Shown in pieces: positions 60,950-64,000 of a stretch of 64,000 nucleotides of DNA (positions are counted from its first letter, which is position 1; each line of letters starts with the position of its first letter). The translations under genes were made by a program, and so were the position numbers. The notes under the pieces were generated by a model. It was not told where the DNA came from. It ran no database searches and saw only the letters and a program-made list of their open reading frames with translations. The stretch is from Macrostomum lignano (taxonomy: Eukaryota), in the NCBI GenBank assembly GCA_002269645.1, contig NIVC01000422.1, forward strand, positions 1-64,000, given 5' to 3'.

Positions 60950-61470
60950 CTTTTTCGATACATATCGGCTGCAATATTTTTAATAGGCTACCAGTAGCAA
61001 ACTAATGAATATTTCAATACATATCGGCTCTAGTATTTTAAAAAGCATATTAGTGGCTAACCATATAAATATTTTAATATATCCACAGCAGCATTTTAAT
61101 GGGATATAAGCTGCTAACTAATAAATACTTCGATACATATCGGCTGTAATACTTTTGATAGGCTACCAGCAGCAAACTAAAGAATATTTCGATACATATC
61201 GGCCGTAGTATTTTTAATGGGTTATAAGCTGCTAACTAATAAATACTTTGATACATATTGGCTGTAATACTTTTAATAGGCTACCAGCAGCAAATTAATT
61301 ACGATTTCGATACATATCGGCTACAGCATTTTAAAAAGGCTATTAGTGGCTAATAATAAATAATTTGATATATATCCACAGTAGCATTTTAATAGTCTTT
61401 AAGCTGCTAACTTATAAATATTTCGATACATATCGGCTGTAATATTTTTATAGGCTATCAGTAGCAAACT
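60950..61470. repeat. ~59-bp tandem repeat (TTTCGATACATATCGGCTGTAATACTTTTAATAGGCTACCAGCAGCAAACTAATGAATA)
   Basis: About 8 diverged copies. Confidence 0.85.
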
Positions 61471-61479
61471 AATGAATAG

Positions 61480-64000
61480 GGGGGCAAACGGCAACCTAAA
61501 CCGAGGGACTCTGTGACATCTGCCAGCTTTTCGTCTTTCGAGGAGGCTTTTCCCCCTCCTTTTTCGCTCTGGCCTGGCGTGGAAGCGGCTAGCTTCCTCG
61601 TTTTGGTCTGCTGGTGGAGGACGGATCCCCCCTGCTGCTTTTCTGCAGGGCAGGTGGCTGCTAAGTAGTTGGCCGCTGGCTAAGCGCCAACTACCCATCG
61701 ACAGCCCATGGTTGCAACTGGTACCACACGGGTTCTCGAGGGCCGCTCCTGTGGGGGAGGGCTCGGGCGTCGGCTGTCAACCCGACCTGGCGCCTGTGTC
61801 CCAAGCCCGCAGCCGGCCTCCCGCCCCCTGATCTTGCAGAGTGTGGACCGGGGGCCTGCCGGAGCCTCGCCTGGGAGCAATCCTGGGGAAAGATGGCAAC
61901 CCAAAGCCTTCCTGCTGTTCGCCGTGGCAGGGGGTAGCTCCTCGGAGCTGGCTGGGGGTATACCCAGTCCCCGAGCGGTCGGTCTGCCTTTTTCTAATTT
62001 GTGTTTCTTCTCCGTTTCAGCTTCTATGGATTCTGAACAAAAATCTCTTCCGGCTCGGGAGCCGGCAACTCCCGCGGCCGGGGGTCCGAAAATCCCCCAA
62101 CCCTCCAGCTCGGAGGTATTTCTTCTCTCCGCGAACCCCGCGGTTACTACCCTAAGTGGGGCTAATTCGACTCCCACTGGTGGAGATTCTGGTGGTGACA
62201 CAACCACGTACCGCGACAGCGAGGCTAACGCGGCTCCCAGCACTGTCCGCAAGAGGCAGCAGCCTGAGGACCGCACGCTTACCCCCAGGACCCGAAGCGC
62301 TCTAAGGGCAGGGGGACAGCCGGCTCCTATGCCAAGGTGGCTGCTGAGCCCCTCCATAAAATCTGCGTCCGTGCGGCCAGCGGGACGCTGAGTGACGCCC
62401 AGATGGAAGGTGCTGTTGCCCTCGTTGACGACTTCCTCTGGGATAACGACCATCTCGGTGTTCAGGTCGAGTCAGTCAGATTCGCCAACGGCAATCTCAT
62501 CCTCGCTTTCAAAAGTGAGGTCCATCTGAGCACTGCCTTAGCCAACCTGCCCAGCATCGACTGGAGTACCTCCACGGCACAGCTCCCGGAGCTGGTCGTT
62601 GAGAAGGCCCGTCCTCCGCCTCCATGTAAGAGGTATAGGGCCTTCTATTCCGGGCACAGGACGATCGAGGAGATCCGTGGTCGTCTTGTCGCCAAGCACC
62701 CCGAGTTGCCGGCGGACGGCCTCCGGGCCTACAAGGAGGTGCCGGCCAAGGACGGCAACGGGAAGACCCTCTACATGGGCCTCTCCGCTGATTGGGAGCG
62801 CCACATGCAAGGCAAAGACCACGCCGCCTACGTTGGGGCATGGAAGTTAGTCTTCCACCTCATCCCTAGGAAGAAGCGCAACGCCGGCGGTGAGCAGCGC
62901 CGAGACGATCCCGAGAGCCCGGATAGCTCTGAGGGCGAGACTTAAGCTGTTCTCGACCCGCCATGCCCAGATCTTCAATGATGAGGCGTGACCGTCTGAG
63001 GACCAACCCGGCGGGTGGGTCCAATGACGATTTCACCACACTCACGCAAAACAGTGATCATAACCTGCACATCGTGCAGATTAATCTGCACCACGCGGTC
63101 GCAGCCTCCAGCAGCCTCACCGACACCCTCGATGGCACCGGTGTTGACATCTACCTCATCCAGGAGCCTTACACCGTGAGAGGTAAGCCCACCCTGCTGC
63201 CGAAAGGCTACCAGATCCTCTTCCTCTCTGGAGGGGAAACCCCTAGGGCCATTGCTCTGGTCAAGTACGAGCTCGCAGCCATGCTCATGCCGATGTTTTG
63301 CAATAAAGACATCTGTACCTTCACCGTGAACGGGATGATTTTCTCATCCGTGTACATGGACATTCAGGATGAACTTCCGTCACCCCTCCTGCAGGATCTC
63401 GCAAACTATTGTATCATCGAGAACCGGAACTTCATTATTGGTTGCGACGCTAATGCTCACAACACTGCGTGGGCTAGCAGTAACACTAACCTCAGAGGTA
63501 GTATGCTTATTGATTTCATTAACACCTCGAATTTGCATATTTGCAACTTGGGGCGTAAACCCACCTTTGCGAATGCTAGCAGGAAAGAGGTCATTGATCT
63601 CACCCTTGCGTCCAGTAGCATCCTTAATCGGATTCAAAATTGGAGGGTCAGGGACGACATCCCCTCGCTCTCGGACCATTTCTACATCCATTTCAGCGTC
63701 ACAGCTGGCGGCGCTCGCGTCACCAAGGCGAACCGTCCCAATTTAAAAAGGGCGGATTGGACTGGCTTCAGAAGGGACCTTGAGTCTCTGATCAGCAGCG
63801 AACCGGCCGATGACTTGGAAGGCTGCGATGATATTCCGAGCATTGAAGCACGCTGCAACAAACTTGTCGAGCTGCTTAATGCGGCCACGATCAAGAACGC
63901 TCCTCCGATTGTCAGTAGAAAGAAGTACTCACCTTGACCTTGGTGGAACAAGGAGCTCACCCGCTTAAAAAAGGCCTCCCGTCGGCTGCATCGGATTGCC
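61480..64000 (+). mobile_element. Non-LTR retrotransposon of R1/LOA-like type: probable frameshifted ORF1 (61708-62391 / 62337-62945) and ORF2 APE endonuclease (62963 onward), running off the window
   Basis: IVQINLHH...DIYLIQEPY...FIIGCDANAH...PTF...VIDLTL...SDHFYI; in-frame TGA at 63935-63937 followed by the conserved PWWNKEL. Confidence 0.9.

Overview
Eukaryotic (invertebrate animal) genomic DNA: spliceosomal GT-AG introns, AT-rich spacers and very dense minisatellites. The style resembles a repeat-rich flatworm such as Macrostomum, but that is inference only. Host genes: (1) an intronless 1777-aa Ser-rich ORF (882-6215, -) with a 14-aa SQ-containing tandem repeat and a CENP-C-motif-like C-terminus; (2) a two-exon HEI10/CCNB1IP1-like RING-coiled-coil gene (13172-14870, -); (3) an apparently complete ~21-exon four-domain voltage-gated channel with a DEEA filter, i.e. 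Nav2/DSC1 type (24874-38919, +); (4) a decayed ALK/LTK-type Gly-rich-domain gene and a partial duplicate (40-42 kb, -); (5) TMEM65, LSM5 and the 3' part of an FBXO7-like gene (51-61 kb, all -). Mobile DNA: a 5'-inverted Penelope-like retroelement with two minimal hammerhead ribozyme motifs and a TIR element inside its RT, several MITEs with TSDs, two tRNA-derived SINEs, RTE and Gypsy relics, two LTR-like promoter segments, an ~800-bp coding-derived foldback, and an R1/LOA-like non-LTR element running off the right edge. All calls come from reading the sequence and recalling family motifs; no searches were run.
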